A stretch of 64,000 bases of DNA. It comes from Candidatus Bathyarchaeia archaeon (GTDB lineage: Archaea > Thermoproteota > Bathyarchaeia > Bathyarchaeales > Bathycorpusculaceae). The notes below the pieces were generated by a model. The model was not told where the DNA came from and did no database searches. It saw nothing but the letters and a program-made list of their open reading frames with translations. Numbering within the stretch: position 1 is the stretch's first letter; each line of letters starts with the position of its first letter. Below are positions 9,612 through 19,232 of the stretch, one piece after another. Location: contig JAVZLS010000001.1 in NCBI GenBank assembly GCA_038883715.1, forward strand, positions 74,430-138,429. Reading direction: 5' to 3'. The translations under genes and the position numbers were made by a program.

Positions 9612-9989
9612 TTGGACGAGTTTGACAAGACGCTGTTAGAGGTGATTGACGAGACGCTTCGTTACTCGCTTGGCGAAAAGACAGTTGAAATCTTTTACGA
9701 CTATTTGAGAAGGAAGGGTTTCTCCTTGACAAATGTGCCGCAAAACCCGGAATTCTTCTTCAACGAGTTGAGAAATGTGCTGGAGTTTGAGGGGCAACGC
9801 TTCCACACAGTTTCGCCCCTCGGGATAGTTTCGCTTTTGGAGAGGACAATAATAGAAATCCTGTGCAAAAAATTTGGGGTTAAATTCGAGGAGAAAGGCC
9901 CCATAATCTTTTCGGAATGGGTGGATAAGCTAAGGGAAGCGTATCTCTTCAAGCTTTCAAAGTTAAAGGTTTTAGAGAGGCGGAGGTGA
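9612..9989 (+). CDS. Small helical signalling-associated protein (NitrOD5/DUF3227-like)
   Basis: LLEVIDETLRYSLGE...YDYL...PQNPEFFFNELRNVL pattern; GGTGA RBS; co-oriented with a response regulator. Confidence 0.6.
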   Translation: MDEFDKTLLEVIDETLRYSLGEKTVEIFYDYLRRKGFSLTNVPQNPEFFFNELRNVLEFEGQRFHTVSPLGIVSLLERTIIEILCKKFGVKFEEKGPIIFSEWVDKLREAYLFKLSKLKVLERRR

Positions 9990-9993
9990 AAAT

Positions 9994-10461
9994 GTGAAGG
10001 AAAAGGCAAGCATCCTAATAGTGGACGACGACGTGGACATATGCAAAACATTAAGCCTGATCCTTGAAGGCGAAGGTTACAGCGTGGACGTGGCCAACAC
10101 TGGGGCAGAGGCAATAGGGAAGTCGAAGGAAAAGGCCTACAACGTCGCTTTGTTGGACATAGTGCTTCCAGACATGGCTGGAACAGAGCTCCTCAAAAAG
10201 CTCCATGAGACAACACCAAAAATGATAAAGATAATGGTGACAGGCTACCCAAACCTACAAAACGCTGTTGAAGCCCTAAACTACAACGCGGACGCATACC
10301 TAATAAAGCCAGTAAACTACGAAAAGCTGCTAAAAGTGATCGAGGAAAAACTGCAAAAACAGAGGGAAGAAGAAACCTTAACGGCAGAGAAAATCGCAGC
10401 TTTTGTAAAAACAAGAACCCGAAGGCTACTCCAAAAGTTAGAAAGCGAGGAAAGCGAATAA
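9994..10461 (+). CDS. Response regulator receiver protein with C-terminal helical tail
   Basis: ILIVDDD, ALLDIVLPDM (phosphoacceptor Asp), MVTG, YLIKP. Confidence 0.93.
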   Translation: MKEKASILIVDDDVDICKTLSLILEGEGYSVDVANTGAEAIGKSKEKAYNVALLDIVLPDMAGTELLKKLHETTPKMIKIMVTGYPNLQNAVEALNYNADAYLIKPVNYEKLLKVIEEKLQKQREEETLTAEKIAAFVKTRTRRLLQKLESEESE

Positions 10462-10518
10462 ACCACGGCGCAAACACCTTACGAATGGAAAACTTTTTAG
10501 CTAAAATTGGAAGGATGT

Positions 10519-11829
10519 TTATTTCAGTTTCTTTAATGCCTCTCTCGCTTTTTCAACCGTGTAATGGATGTCGTTCTCTGTGTGGGCAGCTGAAATGTGG
10601 CATCTCTTGTTGGGTTTCGGCAGGATAAAGACTCCACTTTTCATCATTTCCCTTTGAAACTTCATGAAAAGCTCATTATTAGAGAATGTGTCCCTATAAT
10701 TGGTGATTTGCTTCTTCGTAAATACTATTTGGAAGATGGACCCAAAGCCCACAACTTGGGCTTCAATTTTTAATTGGTCAATGATTTCGTTGAGTTCATT
10801 TCTAATTTCCTCTCCAAGCTTAAAGAGATGCTTGTGCGCCTCATTCCTCTCCAACTCTTCTATCGTTGCAAGGGTGGCAGCCATGGATACGGGATTGCTG
10901 TTGAAGGTGCCTCCATAGTCAACATTACCCGTAGGCCTAAAATATTCCATGATTTCTTTTCTTCCACAGACTGCCGCCACGGGGAATCCATTTGCCATGG
11001 CTTTGGCGAATGTTGTTAGGTCTGGCGTGACGTTGAAGATTTTTTGGGCTCCGCCCAAGTGATGACGAAAGCCGGTAACCACCTCGTCAAAGATTAATAC
11101 GATTCCATATTCTTCGGTGATTTCTCTCAAAAATTTTAGGAAACCCTCCTTTGGAGGAATGCAGGTGGCGCTGCCGTGGAGAATCGGCTCAGTTATTAGT
11201 GCTGCTATCTCATCGTGGTGCCTCCTTATTGTTTTTTCCACAATTTCTTGGTCATTAAAGGGGACGACAATTACCTGCTTTGCCGTTTCTGGGGGGATGC
11301 CTGCCGTGTCTGGAACGGGATTTGGGTGTTCTACTGGTCCTGCCTCTTTTAATGTTGGGTTTGTACTGAAAGATACTGTGTCGTGCCATCCGTGGTAGGC
11401 GCCTTCAAATTTTACAATTTTGCTTCTGCCGGTGTAAGCCCTTGCTAAACGTATGGCGTGGTAAGTGGCTTCCGTTCCCGTATTACAAAATCTGATCATT
11501 TGGGCTGAAGGAACATGAGCTGCAATTTTCTTGGCAACTTCAACCTCCAACTCGTTACAGAGACCATAAATCACGCCTTTATCCAACTGCCTTTTAACGG
11601 CGGCTGAAACCCTTGGATGGGCGTGTCCCAAGATTACGGGTCCAAAAGCCAGATGATAATCTATGTACTGGTTGCCGTCCGCATCCCAAATCTTTGAGCC
11701 CTTCGCCATTGATATGAAAAGGGGGTAAGGTTCAAAATACCGTAGTGCGCTGTGGACGCCTCCTGGTGTAAGCTTTTTCGCTTCTTCAAAAAGCTCTTTT
11801 GACCTTTCTGTCCCTTTCATGCTTATCAT
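10519..11829 (-). CDS. Class III PLP aminotransferase, HemL (glutamate-1-semialdehyde aminomutase)-like
   Basis: PGGVHS, DADGNQYIDY, GTEATYHAIRLAR, FEGAYHG, FDEVVTGFR, DLTTFAKAMANG, GTFNSNP. Context suggests a catabolic rather than tetrapyrrole role. Confidence 0.85.
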   Translation of the reverse strand: MISMKGTERSKELFEEAKKLTPGGVHSALRYFEPYPLFISMAKGSKIWDADGNQYIDYHLAFGPVILGHAHPRVSAAVKRQLDKGVIYGLCNELEVEVAKKIAAHVPSAQMIRFCNTGTEATYHAIRLARAYTGRSKIVKFEGAYHGWHDTVSFSTNPTLKEAGPVEHPNPVPDTAGIPPETAKQVIVVPFNDQEIVEKTIRRHHDEIAALITEPILHGSATCIPPKEGFLKFLREITEEYGIVLIFDEVVTGFRHHLGGAQKIFNVTPDLTTFAKAMANGFPVAAVCGRKEIMEYFRPTGNVDYGGTFNSNPVSMAATLATIEELERNEAHKHLFKLGEEIRNELNEIIDQLKIEAQVVGFGSIFQIVFTKKQITNYRDTFSNNELFMKFQREMMKSGVFILPKPNKRCHISAAHTENDIHYTVEKAREALKKLK

Positions 11830-11830
11830 C

Positions 11831-12667
11831 TCAAGTTTTTTGGGGGAGTCCGAGGAGTTTTCTAGCCTCGCTGGGGGTGGCTATTTCTATGCCCAGCTCC
11901 TTTGCTATTCTAACAACCTTAGCCACTAATTCGGCATTGCTTTTGGCTAGGACGCCCTTGGCGAGGTAGATGTTGTCTTCCATTCCAACTCGGACGTCTC
12001 CTCCCAAAATCATTCCAAGCGTTAGAAGTTTAAATTGAACTTTGCCACCGACGGCTATGACGTTCCACCTACAGTTTTGCGGTAAAGCCTTTACCATATG
12101 CATGAGGTTTTCCGGCGTAGCCGGAATCCCGCCTTTAACTCCTAAAACTAGTCCAAACCTAAGGGGTTCTTTTAATAACCCTTTTTCAAACAATTGAAGT
12201 GCCAGGTTTATGTGTCCAACATCATAGCATTCAATTTCTGGTTTTATGTTTCTCTCAAGCATTATTTTGGCAATTTTCTCCACAACATCTGGAGGGTTTA
12301 AGAATACGCTGTTGCCGAAGGTCATTGTGGCCACATTCAGCGATGCAAATTCAGGATTTAGCTCAAGGGCGCACATCCTTTGCTCCAAAGAAATTCCATA
12401 AGGTCCACCGCCTCCTGTGGTAAGTTGAATAATCATGTCACATTTTTCCCTGATTCTCTCAATAACCTCGCGGTACAAATTAACGTCCGGGTATGGCTCC
12501 TTGGTTTTTGGGTTTCTAACGTGTATATGGGCGACTGCTGCTCCAGCTTCATAGGCTTTCACAGCTTCTTCGGCTATTTGCTCTGGGGTTATTGGCAGAT
12601 AAGGAGTCTCCTTCCACATTGGACCTGAACCCGTTGGAGCCACAGTTATTATCATTATATTCTTCAC
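11831..12667 (-). CDS. Beta-keto acid cleavage enzyme (BKACE/Kce, DUF849) family
   Basis: PITPEQIAEEA..AYEAGA..AHIHVR (HxH metal motif), TGG, KPEIECYD, VRVGMEDN, ATPSEARKLL. Confidence 0.93.
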   Translation of the reverse strand: MKNIMIITVAPTGSGPMWKETPYLPITPEQIAEEAVKAYEAGAAVAHIHVRNPKTKEPYPDVNLYREVIERIREKCDMIIQLTTGGGGPYGISLEQRMCALELNPEFASLNVATMTFGNSVFLNPPDVVEKIAKIMLERNIKPEIECYDVGHINLALQLFEKGLLKEPLRFGLVLGVKGGIPATPENLMHMVKALPQNCRWNVIAVGGKVQFKLLTLGMILGGDVRVGMEDNIYLAKGVLAKSNAELVAKVVRIAKELGIEIATPSEARKLLGLPQKT

Positions 12668-12815
12668 AACATTACTCTCTATCCATTAAATGCCATAAAT
12701 TTTGTCTTTTGTTTTATAAATTACACTTTTAGGCGATTCTAAAATTGAACTTTAGTTTTAATTAAATAACAAAGCTTAAAAAGAAATCGATACGTAACTG
12801 AAAAAGGGGAAGGCT

Positions 12816-14408
12816 TTGGCCGAAGTTAAGTTTGCCTTTCCAAGAAAGGCGACCGGGCTTGTCAGAGAGCTTGGTTGGTGGTCAGCGTTCTCCGTTTCCC
12901 TCAGCTACACCATTGGCAGCGGAATAAACTATTGGTCTGTGCAGGCTGCGTATTGGCATCCAGGCTCGATAATCCCACTTGCATATATTATTGGCGCTTT
13001 ACCAGCGATTTTCTTGGCCTACGTAATTACAGAAATGGGAATAATGATGCCGAGGTCCGGTGGAAGCTACATATACGTATCAAGGGTTTTAGATCCCCAT
13101 GTAGGCTTTCTAGGAGACTGGTTATACTTCGTAGCCAACAACTTCGCCACCGGAGTATTAGCAGTTATTGGCGCTGGATTCTGGGTTAAAATGATCAACC
13201 TGCTGGGCTACGCCACCAAAAATCCTGACTGGATTGTCTTCACGCTAGACAATGTGGGGTTAGGCATAATAGCCGTAGTAATTGTTACGATTTATACGCT
13301 GTTGTCATTGCTAGGCATAAGAGTGTTTAGATGGTACGTAGCGGGACTAGTTGCCATAGGCATAGTGGGAAGCTTTCTCGGGGTTGCCGCCACCTTCTAT
13401 GGAATTATGAATCCAGCCTACGTAAAAGAAGCTTGGAACCTAACCTATGGTCCAGGCTCGTGGGAACAAGTGCGACAAGTAGCCATAGACAATGGTTGGG
13501 CTGATTATGTTGCAAGCGCCACCCAGAAGGCTGGAGGCACTGGAGGAGCGACCATACTAAACTTTGTGGATACTTTCTGGGCGTACTGGGGAACAACAGC
13601 GGCATGCTACTTTGGCGGAGAAATGAAATCTCCAAAGACAGGCTTCATAGTGGGCGTTTTTGCCGCCACACTATTCGTAATGTTCTGGTATGTCTTAACC
13701 GTCATCGGCGTATATACAGCCTACGGAGACTTTGTCAGCCAATACTGTTACGTCTATGGAGAAGGATACGCGGATCAGGTGACAGCGATGACTATGTTAG
13801 ATCCAAGCCTACCACTATTCACAGTGCCACTGGCGCATGGGCAGGTTTGGCTTCAAGCAATATTTGCCTTTATCCCAGCCATGTGGATTTCCAACTGCTC
13901 CGGGGCAACTCTACTTGTGGGTCCAAGGCAACCTTTCGCATGGGCCTTCGACAGATTCTTTCCAGAAGCCTTCAACCGCGTGAATGAGCGTTTCCACTCA
14001 CCACACTGGGCAATCATATTGACTGCAATAATTGCCTACTTGTTCATACCATTAAGCCTCGGCAACGTTTTCGTGGCAACCGTGGATGCAACATTCATCT
14101 TCATCCTCAGCCAACTCCTCATAGCCTTTGCAGGTGTAATATTACCCTATAGACGCCCGGACATCTGGGAAAGAGGGTTTAAGGCCACCTTTGCAGGCAT
14201 ACCAGTAATAAGCTTATGTGGCGCCTTAGCAATCTTCTTCTGGACTTGGGGATTAGCAGTAGCTGCATCTTGGCTAACCGCTTGGGGAATGGCCTACTTG
14301 GCCTTATGGGTTTTCGTTGGCTCCCTCATATGGTTTGCTTATGCAGAGCGCAACAGAAGGATAGGCATAGCACTACAAGACATATATGGTGAAATACCGC
14401 CAGCGTAA
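12816..14408 (+). CDS. APC family amino acid/amine permease
   Basis: RKATGLVRE, MPRSGGSYIYVSR, GEMKSPK, FAWAFDRFFP..F..VNERFHSP; about 12 hydrophobic segments. Confidence 0.9.
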   Translation: MAEVKFAFPRKATGLVRELGWWSAFSVSLSYTIGSGINYWSVQAAYWHPGSIIPLAYIIGALPAIFLAYVITEMGIMMPRSGGSYIYVSRVLDPHVGFLGDWLYFVANNFATGVLAVIGAGFWVKMINLLGYATKNPDWIVFTLDNVGLGIIAVVIVTIYTLLSLLGIRVFRWYVAGLVAIGIVGSFLGVAATFYGIMNPAYVKEAWNLTYGPGSWEQVRQVAIDNGWADYVASATQKAGGTGGATILNFVDTFWAYWGTTAACYFGGEMKSPKTGFIVGVFAATLFVMFWYVLTVIGVYTAYGDFVSQYCYVYGEGYADQVTAMTMLDPSLPLFTVPLAHGQVWLQAIFAFIPAMWISNCSGATLLVGPRQPFAWAFDRFFPEAFNRVNERFHSPHWAIILTAIIAYLFIPLSLGNVFVATVDATFIFILSQLLIAFAGVILPYRRPDIWERGFKATFAGIPVISLCGALAIFFWTWGLAVAASWLTAWGMAYLALWVFVGSLIWFAYAERNRRIGIALQDIYGEIPPA

Positions 14409-14415
14409 ACGTTAG

Positions 14416-15132
14416 TTACCCACCTTTTTCTTTAATTTTAGTGTCAACTATTGCAAGGTAATACCCGTGCAAAATTCCAGGTTTTTTAATCACCCTTATC
14501 CCTTCATAATCAGTCCTCTGCAGCTTAATCTTATAATCTTCTGGTTTCAACCCATACTTCTCAATGGTTGACTTTAACTTGTCAATGTAATGTTGAACAG
14601 CCTCCTTCAACCTTCTCTTTGTAGCTTCCTCCTCCTTGACACCGCCTTCCTCGGCAATTTTTTTAAGCTCATATTTTGTTAAACTCAACATAAGCAAGGT
14701 TACATCCGCTAAAATAAAAAGCAAAATTATGCTTGGGAAAGACAAGAAAGTCCAGTACATCCACATAAAACTGGAAGGAAGAATTACACCCCTCTGCCAT
14801 AAAATAGCCAAAACAACAACAATCATGAAATAGATTAATGTGACAAAATTTAGAATTTTGTTTACCCTTATCATTTTCCTAAGCTTGCCAGACTGCCCTA
14901 TCCTCTTCAAAACTTTTTGGGTTTCTTTACTAAAGTATTTCAAATACGCCGAGTCTAAACTGACCGTTTTGGTTTTCGCCAACAACTCTTTTGGATCGTG
15001 AACTGAAGCGCTTCTTAAACCATCAAAGTAGCTAATTACAGAAACCAGCTCACTCGATATTTTCTGAGCCTTCTTCACATCCTCCTCAGTCCATTTCACT
15101 CTATCCGACCCCAAACCTTGCACTAACAACAT
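14416..15132 (-). CDS. Hypothetical membrane protein (two central TM helices)
   Basis: 238-aa ORF with two hydrophobic segments flanked by charged domains; co-oriented downstream of the NTase gene. Confidence 0.65.
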   Translation of the reverse strand: MLLVQGLGSDRVKWTEEDVKKAQKISSELVSVISYFDGLRSASVHDPKELLAKTKTVSLDSAYLKYFSKETQKVLKRIGQSGKLRKMIRVNKILNFVTLIYFMIVVVLAILWQRGVILPSSFMWMYWTFLSFPSIILLFILADVTLLMLSLTKYELKKIAEEGGVKEEEATKRRLKEAVQHYIDKLKSTIEKYGLKPEDYKIKLQRTDYEGIRVIKKPGILHGYYLAIVDTKIKEKGG

Positions 15133-15176
15133 TAGTACAAATGTCTAGGATAAGATTATTAAGACTTAGTTGGAGT

Positions 15177-15968
15177 TTATAACCTAACTTCTTTATACCA
15201 CTTTTTCTTTGTTCCAACCTGCGCTCTCTTCAACCAATCCTTGGTTTTGGGCTCCTCATCAATATATTTCAAGATTTGGTCGATCTTTGAGGTCACATCG
15301 GCAATATCTTCTGCAGTGAGTTGCTGGTACATGGGGCAGGCAGCCCTAACCTTTTTCAAGTTGGTTGTAGCCGTGTACCAGAATCCCCAATCGTTTGCAA
15401 ACAACTTAGCCATGTATTTGGCATTAATTGTTTCCGGCGCGTCGGTATCGCCAATTTTGTGGTCTCTCAGGAGGACTATGACGTCTTTGGCGTCTTTCTC
15501 TGTGAATTCAACTATTTCCAGTTTGGTTAGCAGCAAGTCGACTAATGAGGCTGTTGGATAGTCTAGGTGGAACCTATTTCGGAAATCTACCTTGTGGCAT
15601 AGATCTAACGCGTCATAGAAAATGTCAATGTCAACTCTCCCTCTGTAAACCTGACGATTCCTCGTTCCAACACCACTTGTGAAGAAAAAGATGTAGGAGT
15701 CAAACTTCCAACCCCTCGACTCAAAGAACTTTCTAATTTTCGCCCTCTCTTTATCCGGAGCAACAAAATCTATATCTGGAAACTCTTGCCCCTCAATTCT
15801 TTTCAGCCTTTTATGAAGGTCGATTGCCATGGGGGATGAGTGAATCCTAATGGCTGGGCCTCCTATCAACCTTAGCGTGAGTCCTTCCCTTTTGGCTTCC
15901 TCCACAAGGTCTATGGCTATTTTTACAATTTCCTCAGATGGCACTTGTTTCTTTTCCTTCTCCTCCAT
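15177..15968 (-). CDS. Uncharacterised Pol-beta-superfamily nucleotidyltransferase
   Basis: LIGGPAIRIH (GG motif), PDIDFV (DxD), RVDIDIF (third Asp), C-terminal LLLTKL...EKDAKD. Confidence 0.72.
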   Translation of the reverse strand: MEEKEKKQVPSEEIVKIAIDLVEEAKREGLTLRLIGGPAIRIHSSPMAIDLHKRLKRIEGQEFPDIDFVAPDKERAKIRKFFESRGWKFDSYIFFFTSGVGTRNRQVYRGRVDIDIFYDALDLCHKVDFRNRFHLDYPTASLVDLLLTKLEIVEFTEKDAKDVIVLLRDHKIGDTDAPETINAKYMAKLFANDWGFWYTATTNLKKVRAACPMYQQLTAEDIADVTSKIDQILKYIDEEPKTKDWLKRAQVGTKKKWYKEVRL

Positions 15969-15971
15969 TAA

Positions 15972-16931
15972 TCATCCCTCCACCTTCCACCATTTCTCAA
16001 TACCATCTTTAGTGAGGTCGATGATGAAGCCTCTAAGAACTCCCTCACTATATTCTGAACCGGGGTTTATGGCTAAGGTTTTTCCTATGTAATCTGAAGC
16101 GTAGGATTCGTGAATATGGCCGTGCAAACTTAAGAGGGGCTGATTCTCCTCAATGAATCTTCGTATGGCTTTGCTGCCTACATTATCATAAATTATTCTT
16201 CCTAGGAAGACAACGGGCTTCAGGTTCTTATCCAGTTTTGGAGCCAAATCCAGTTTGGTGCAATATGGTGGACAGTGGAAATTTAGGATAACTTTCCTCC
16301 AGTCGCCGGAGAACAGATTCTTTATCCTTTCTAGCTTTTTCCATAACTCCTCTTCTGGAGCCTCTCGAGGCGTGTCCCATGGTGTGGGGTTAACCCATTC
16401 AAAACTTAGCATTTCATAGTCTAGGCATATGTTGACAACCTTTTCCAGCGGGTATATAACACGGTCCTTGTGGGCCTTTATCAATTCGTCAATTTCAAAT
16501 GAGTCGTCATTTCCAGGCATCATAACAACGGTGACGTCTTTGGGCAGTTTTTCATCAATCATGTCAAGCCATCTTTGAAGTCTCTCTTTCATGTAACCGC
16601 GGAATAATTCGTCAACCCTTTTTGGATTCTTCATAAGCTCGTCATACTCATCTTGGCTGCAAACATGAGTGTAAAATCCGCTGAAAGTAATCTTATCAAT
16701 TAGCTTTTTTAGTTCGTCTTGGCCGCTGGCGTTTATCCATCGCCCATAAACCATGGTCTTGTATCGGCCGGGGTTTTCCTCAATTATTGGTATTATGAGT
16801 TTTCCAGTTAAATCTCCACACAACAATAGAACATTTGCCTTATACACTTTGGGGATTGAGAGCCACTTTCGCCAAACCATTTCGCTTCCGTGTATGTCTA
16901 CGGCATGAAAGAGTCTAACTTTTTCAGCCAT
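15972..16931 (-). CDS. Calcineurin-like (Icc-related) metallophosphoesterase
   Basis: DIHGS, CGDLTGK, PGNDD, HCPPY, HGHIHE, NPGSEY motifs. Confidence 0.88.
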   Translation of the reverse strand: MAEKVRLFHAVDIHGSEMVWRKWLSIPKVYKANVLLLCGDLTGKLIIPIIEENPGRYKTMVYGRWINASGQDELKKLIDKITFSGFYTHVCSQDEYDELMKNPKRVDELFRGYMKERLQRWLDMIDEKLPKDVTVVMMPGNDDSFEIDELIKAHKDRVIYPLEKVVNICLDYEMLSFEWVNPTPWDTPREAPEEELWKKLERIKNLFSGDWRKVILNFHCPPYCTKLDLAPKLDKNLKPVVFLGRIIYDNVGSKAIRRFIEENQPLLSLHGHIHESYASDYIGKTLAINPGSEYSEGVLRGFIIDLTKDGIEKWWKVEG

Positions 16932-17052
16932 TGCAAGACCTAGGAAATGCTTTACCCTTATCTTATATTTACCTTACTCTTTTTAAAGCAACATCAAGGG
17001 TTCACTCTGAAAATTTTATATGCAAATACATGCAATTTGATTTGATACCCTG

Positions 17053-17712
17053 GTGGAATCTATGAAAGAAGAAATCCTAAATAAACTGATGAACGCGGTC
17101 CTAAGCTATGACCCGGAAGCGGCTGTTAAAGCTGCGGAAGAAGTCCTCCAAAAAGGCGTAGACCCCGTTGAGGCTATTGAAGAAGGTTTAGCTAAAGGGG
17201 TAAGAATTGTCGGAGAGCGGTTCGGCGCTGGAGAAGCCTTTTTAACAGAGCTTGTAATAGCCGCGGAAGCCATGAAACAGGCCCTAAAAGTTCTCGAACC
17301 TGCAATTCTAAAAAGCGCTAGGGAAAAGAAAACTTTGGGCAAGGTTCTCATAGGCACGGTAGAAGGAGACATCCACGACATTGGAAAGAACATTGTAAGC
17401 ACGCTTCTCATGGTGGCCGGCTTTGAAGTTATAGACATAGGAGTTGACGTCCCAACCGAAAAGTTTGTGGAGAAAGTTAAGGAGGTTAAACCAGACATAG
17501 TTGGAATGTCCGCCCTAATGACCACTACAATGGCTAAGATGGCGGAGGTTATAGAAGCCCTTAAATGTGAAGGTCTACGCGAAAAAGTTAAAGTGATAAT
17601 AGGCGGGGCTCCCACATCCAAGAAATGGGCCGAAGAAATAGGCGCCGACGGCCATGGCGGAGATGCCATAGAGGCTGTTGAAATAGCAAAGAAGCTGGTA
17701 AAAGCCGCATAG
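17053..17712 (+). CDS. Methyltransferase cognate corrinoid protein (MttC/MtgC-like)
   Basis: B12-binding cap plus GTVEGDIHDIGKNIV (DxHxxG), SALMTTT, IIGGAP. Confidence 0.95.
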   Translation: MESMKEEILNKLMNAVLSYDPEAAVKAAEEVLQKGVDPVEAIEEGLAKGVRIVGERFGAGEAFLTELVIAAEAMKQALKVLEPAILKSAREKKTLGKVLIGTVEGDIHDIGKNIVSTLLMVAGFEVIDIGVDVPTEKFVEKVKEVKPDIVGMSALMTTTMAKMAEVIEALKCEGLREKVKVIIGGAPTSKKWAEEIGADGHGGDAIEAVEIAKKLVKAA

Positions 17713-17736
17713 CCCCAGAGGCTGCTCAGCCACGTT

Positions 17737-19215
17737 TTGAGGGTGTGGGCCCTAAAAATGGTTTTTCTTAGAGAAAATCAGAGGGTAAAATTCTCCGTCC
17801 TTTCCAGAGAAGATTTAGAAAAGATTCACAAAGCCACCCTAGAAGTTTTAGAGACAACAGGGCTTAGAATCACCAGCCAAAAATGCCTCAGAATTCTTGA
17901 GGAAGGAGGCTGCAAGGTTGACTATAAAAGGCAGATGGCATTCATCCCTTATTATTTGGTTGAAGAAGCATTGAGGAAAAATCAGAAGAGTATAACCCTC
18001 TGTGCCAGAAATCCAAAATATGATGTAGTTTTGGATGAAAATCATGTATATATAACTACCGACGGGAATGGAACCCAAACCATTGACATGGAAACTGGGG
18101 AAAGGCGGACTTCAACAAAGGATGATATAGCCAAATCAGCCATAATTTCAGACGCCATTGACGTGGTGGACATATATTGGCCCATGGTAAGTGCCCAAGA
18201 CTATCCAGCCCACGTTCGACATCTCCACGATCTTGAGGCTTCTTTAGCTAACACGGAAAAACATGTAACCTTCGAAACAACCATGTCGCCTAAAGAAGCT
18301 AGATATCAGATAGAAATTGCAGCGGCAGTTCTCGGAGACGAAGAGAAGCTAAGGAAGAGGCCCATAATCTCTTCCCTACACTGCACAAGCGCACCACTCC
18401 AAATGGATGGAAACAGCATGGAAGCCGCCCTAGAATTTTCTAAAGCTGGCATTCCAGTGATGTTTTTTGGAATGCCCCAGCCAGGAGCCACGGGTCCTGT
18501 AACGCTTGCCGGTTCTTTGGTTGTGAATAATGCTGAAGTTTTGGGCTGTCTCACTCTAACTCAATTGGTTTGTCCAAGGGCTCCTGTCATTTATGGCGCT
18601 GGCATAGCGGCGTTCGATATGAAAACCTTAAAACGAGCTGGGGGAGGCCCGGAACACGGTTTAACCGGCGCCGCTGCCGGTGAGCTAGCAAGGTATTATG
18701 GTATGCCCTCTATTGTGGGAGGTTTTGTTTCAACGGCAAAGACTCCGGGAGCCCAAGCATGTTATGAAAAGTTTGCAAGCGGGTTTCCACCAGTTTTCTC
18801 CGGGTGCAGCATGATCGCCGGGATAGGATTGCTTGATGACTGCACAACCCTAGCCTTTGAAGAGATTCTAATAGACGCTGAAATTGTGAAGATAGTTTTC
18901 CGAATAGCCCAGGGAATAGAGGTTAACGACAACACATTAGCACTTGATATTATCCGCAAAGTTGGTCCAGGCGGCAATTTCCTAGCCGAGAGACACACCC
19001 TTCAAAACTTGCGAAGGGAACATTTCATCCCCGAATTAACCGACAGGCGATCCTTCGAAGCGTGGATCAAGGATGGCGGGAAAGACCTGGTGAGGATAGC
19101 CAAGGAAAAGGTTAAGGTAATCCTTCAAACACACCAAGTTCAACCCTTAGAAAAGGATGTGCAAAAGGAAATCAAACGTATCATTGAAAGGGCTGAAAAG
19201 GATTTAGCTACCTAA
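17737..19215 (+). CDS. mttB: Trimethylamine methyltransferase (MttB) family protein, non-pyrrolysine
   Basis: LEKIHKATLEVLETTG, SAPLQMD, GATGPVTLAGSLV..NAEVL, KVGPGGNFLAERHT. No in-frame TAG; Val near the Pyl position. Start probably ATG 17758. Confidence 0.93.
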   Translation: MRVWALKMVFLRENQRVKFSVLSREDLEKIHKATLEVLETTGLRITSQKCLRILEEGGCKVDYKRQMAFIPYYLVEEALRKNQKSITLCARNPKYDVVLDENHVYITTDGNGTQTIDMETGERRTSTKDDIAKSAIISDAIDVVDIYWPMVSAQDYPAHVRHLHDLEASLANTEKHVTFETTMSPKEARYQIEIAAAVLGDEEKLRKRPIISSLHCTSAPLQMDGNSMEAALEFSKAGIPVMFFGMPQPGATGPVTLAGSLVVNNAEVLGCLTLTQLVCPRAPVIYGAGIAAFDMKTLKRAGGGPEHGLTGAAAGELARYYGMPSIVGGFVSTAKTPGAQACYEKFASGFPPVFSGCSMIAGIGLLDDCTTLAFEEILIDAEIVKIVFRIAQGIEVNDNTLALDIIRKVGPGGNFLAERHTLQNLRREHFIPELTDRRSFEAWIKDGGKDLVRIAKEKVKVILQTHQVQPLEKDVQKEIKRIIERAEKDLAT

Positions 19216-19232
19216 AAAGCTTATTAAAAACT

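Noticed and set aside
9413-9732. Short ORFs overlapping the tRNA
   Set aside because: They overlap a structurally convincing tRNA and have no protein features
17106-17669. Long antisense ORFs (e.g. 17106-17669, 38083-38520, 46426-46896, 51333-51875)
   Set aside because: Shadows of well-supported genes on the opposite strand, with S/P/T-rich translations and no motifs
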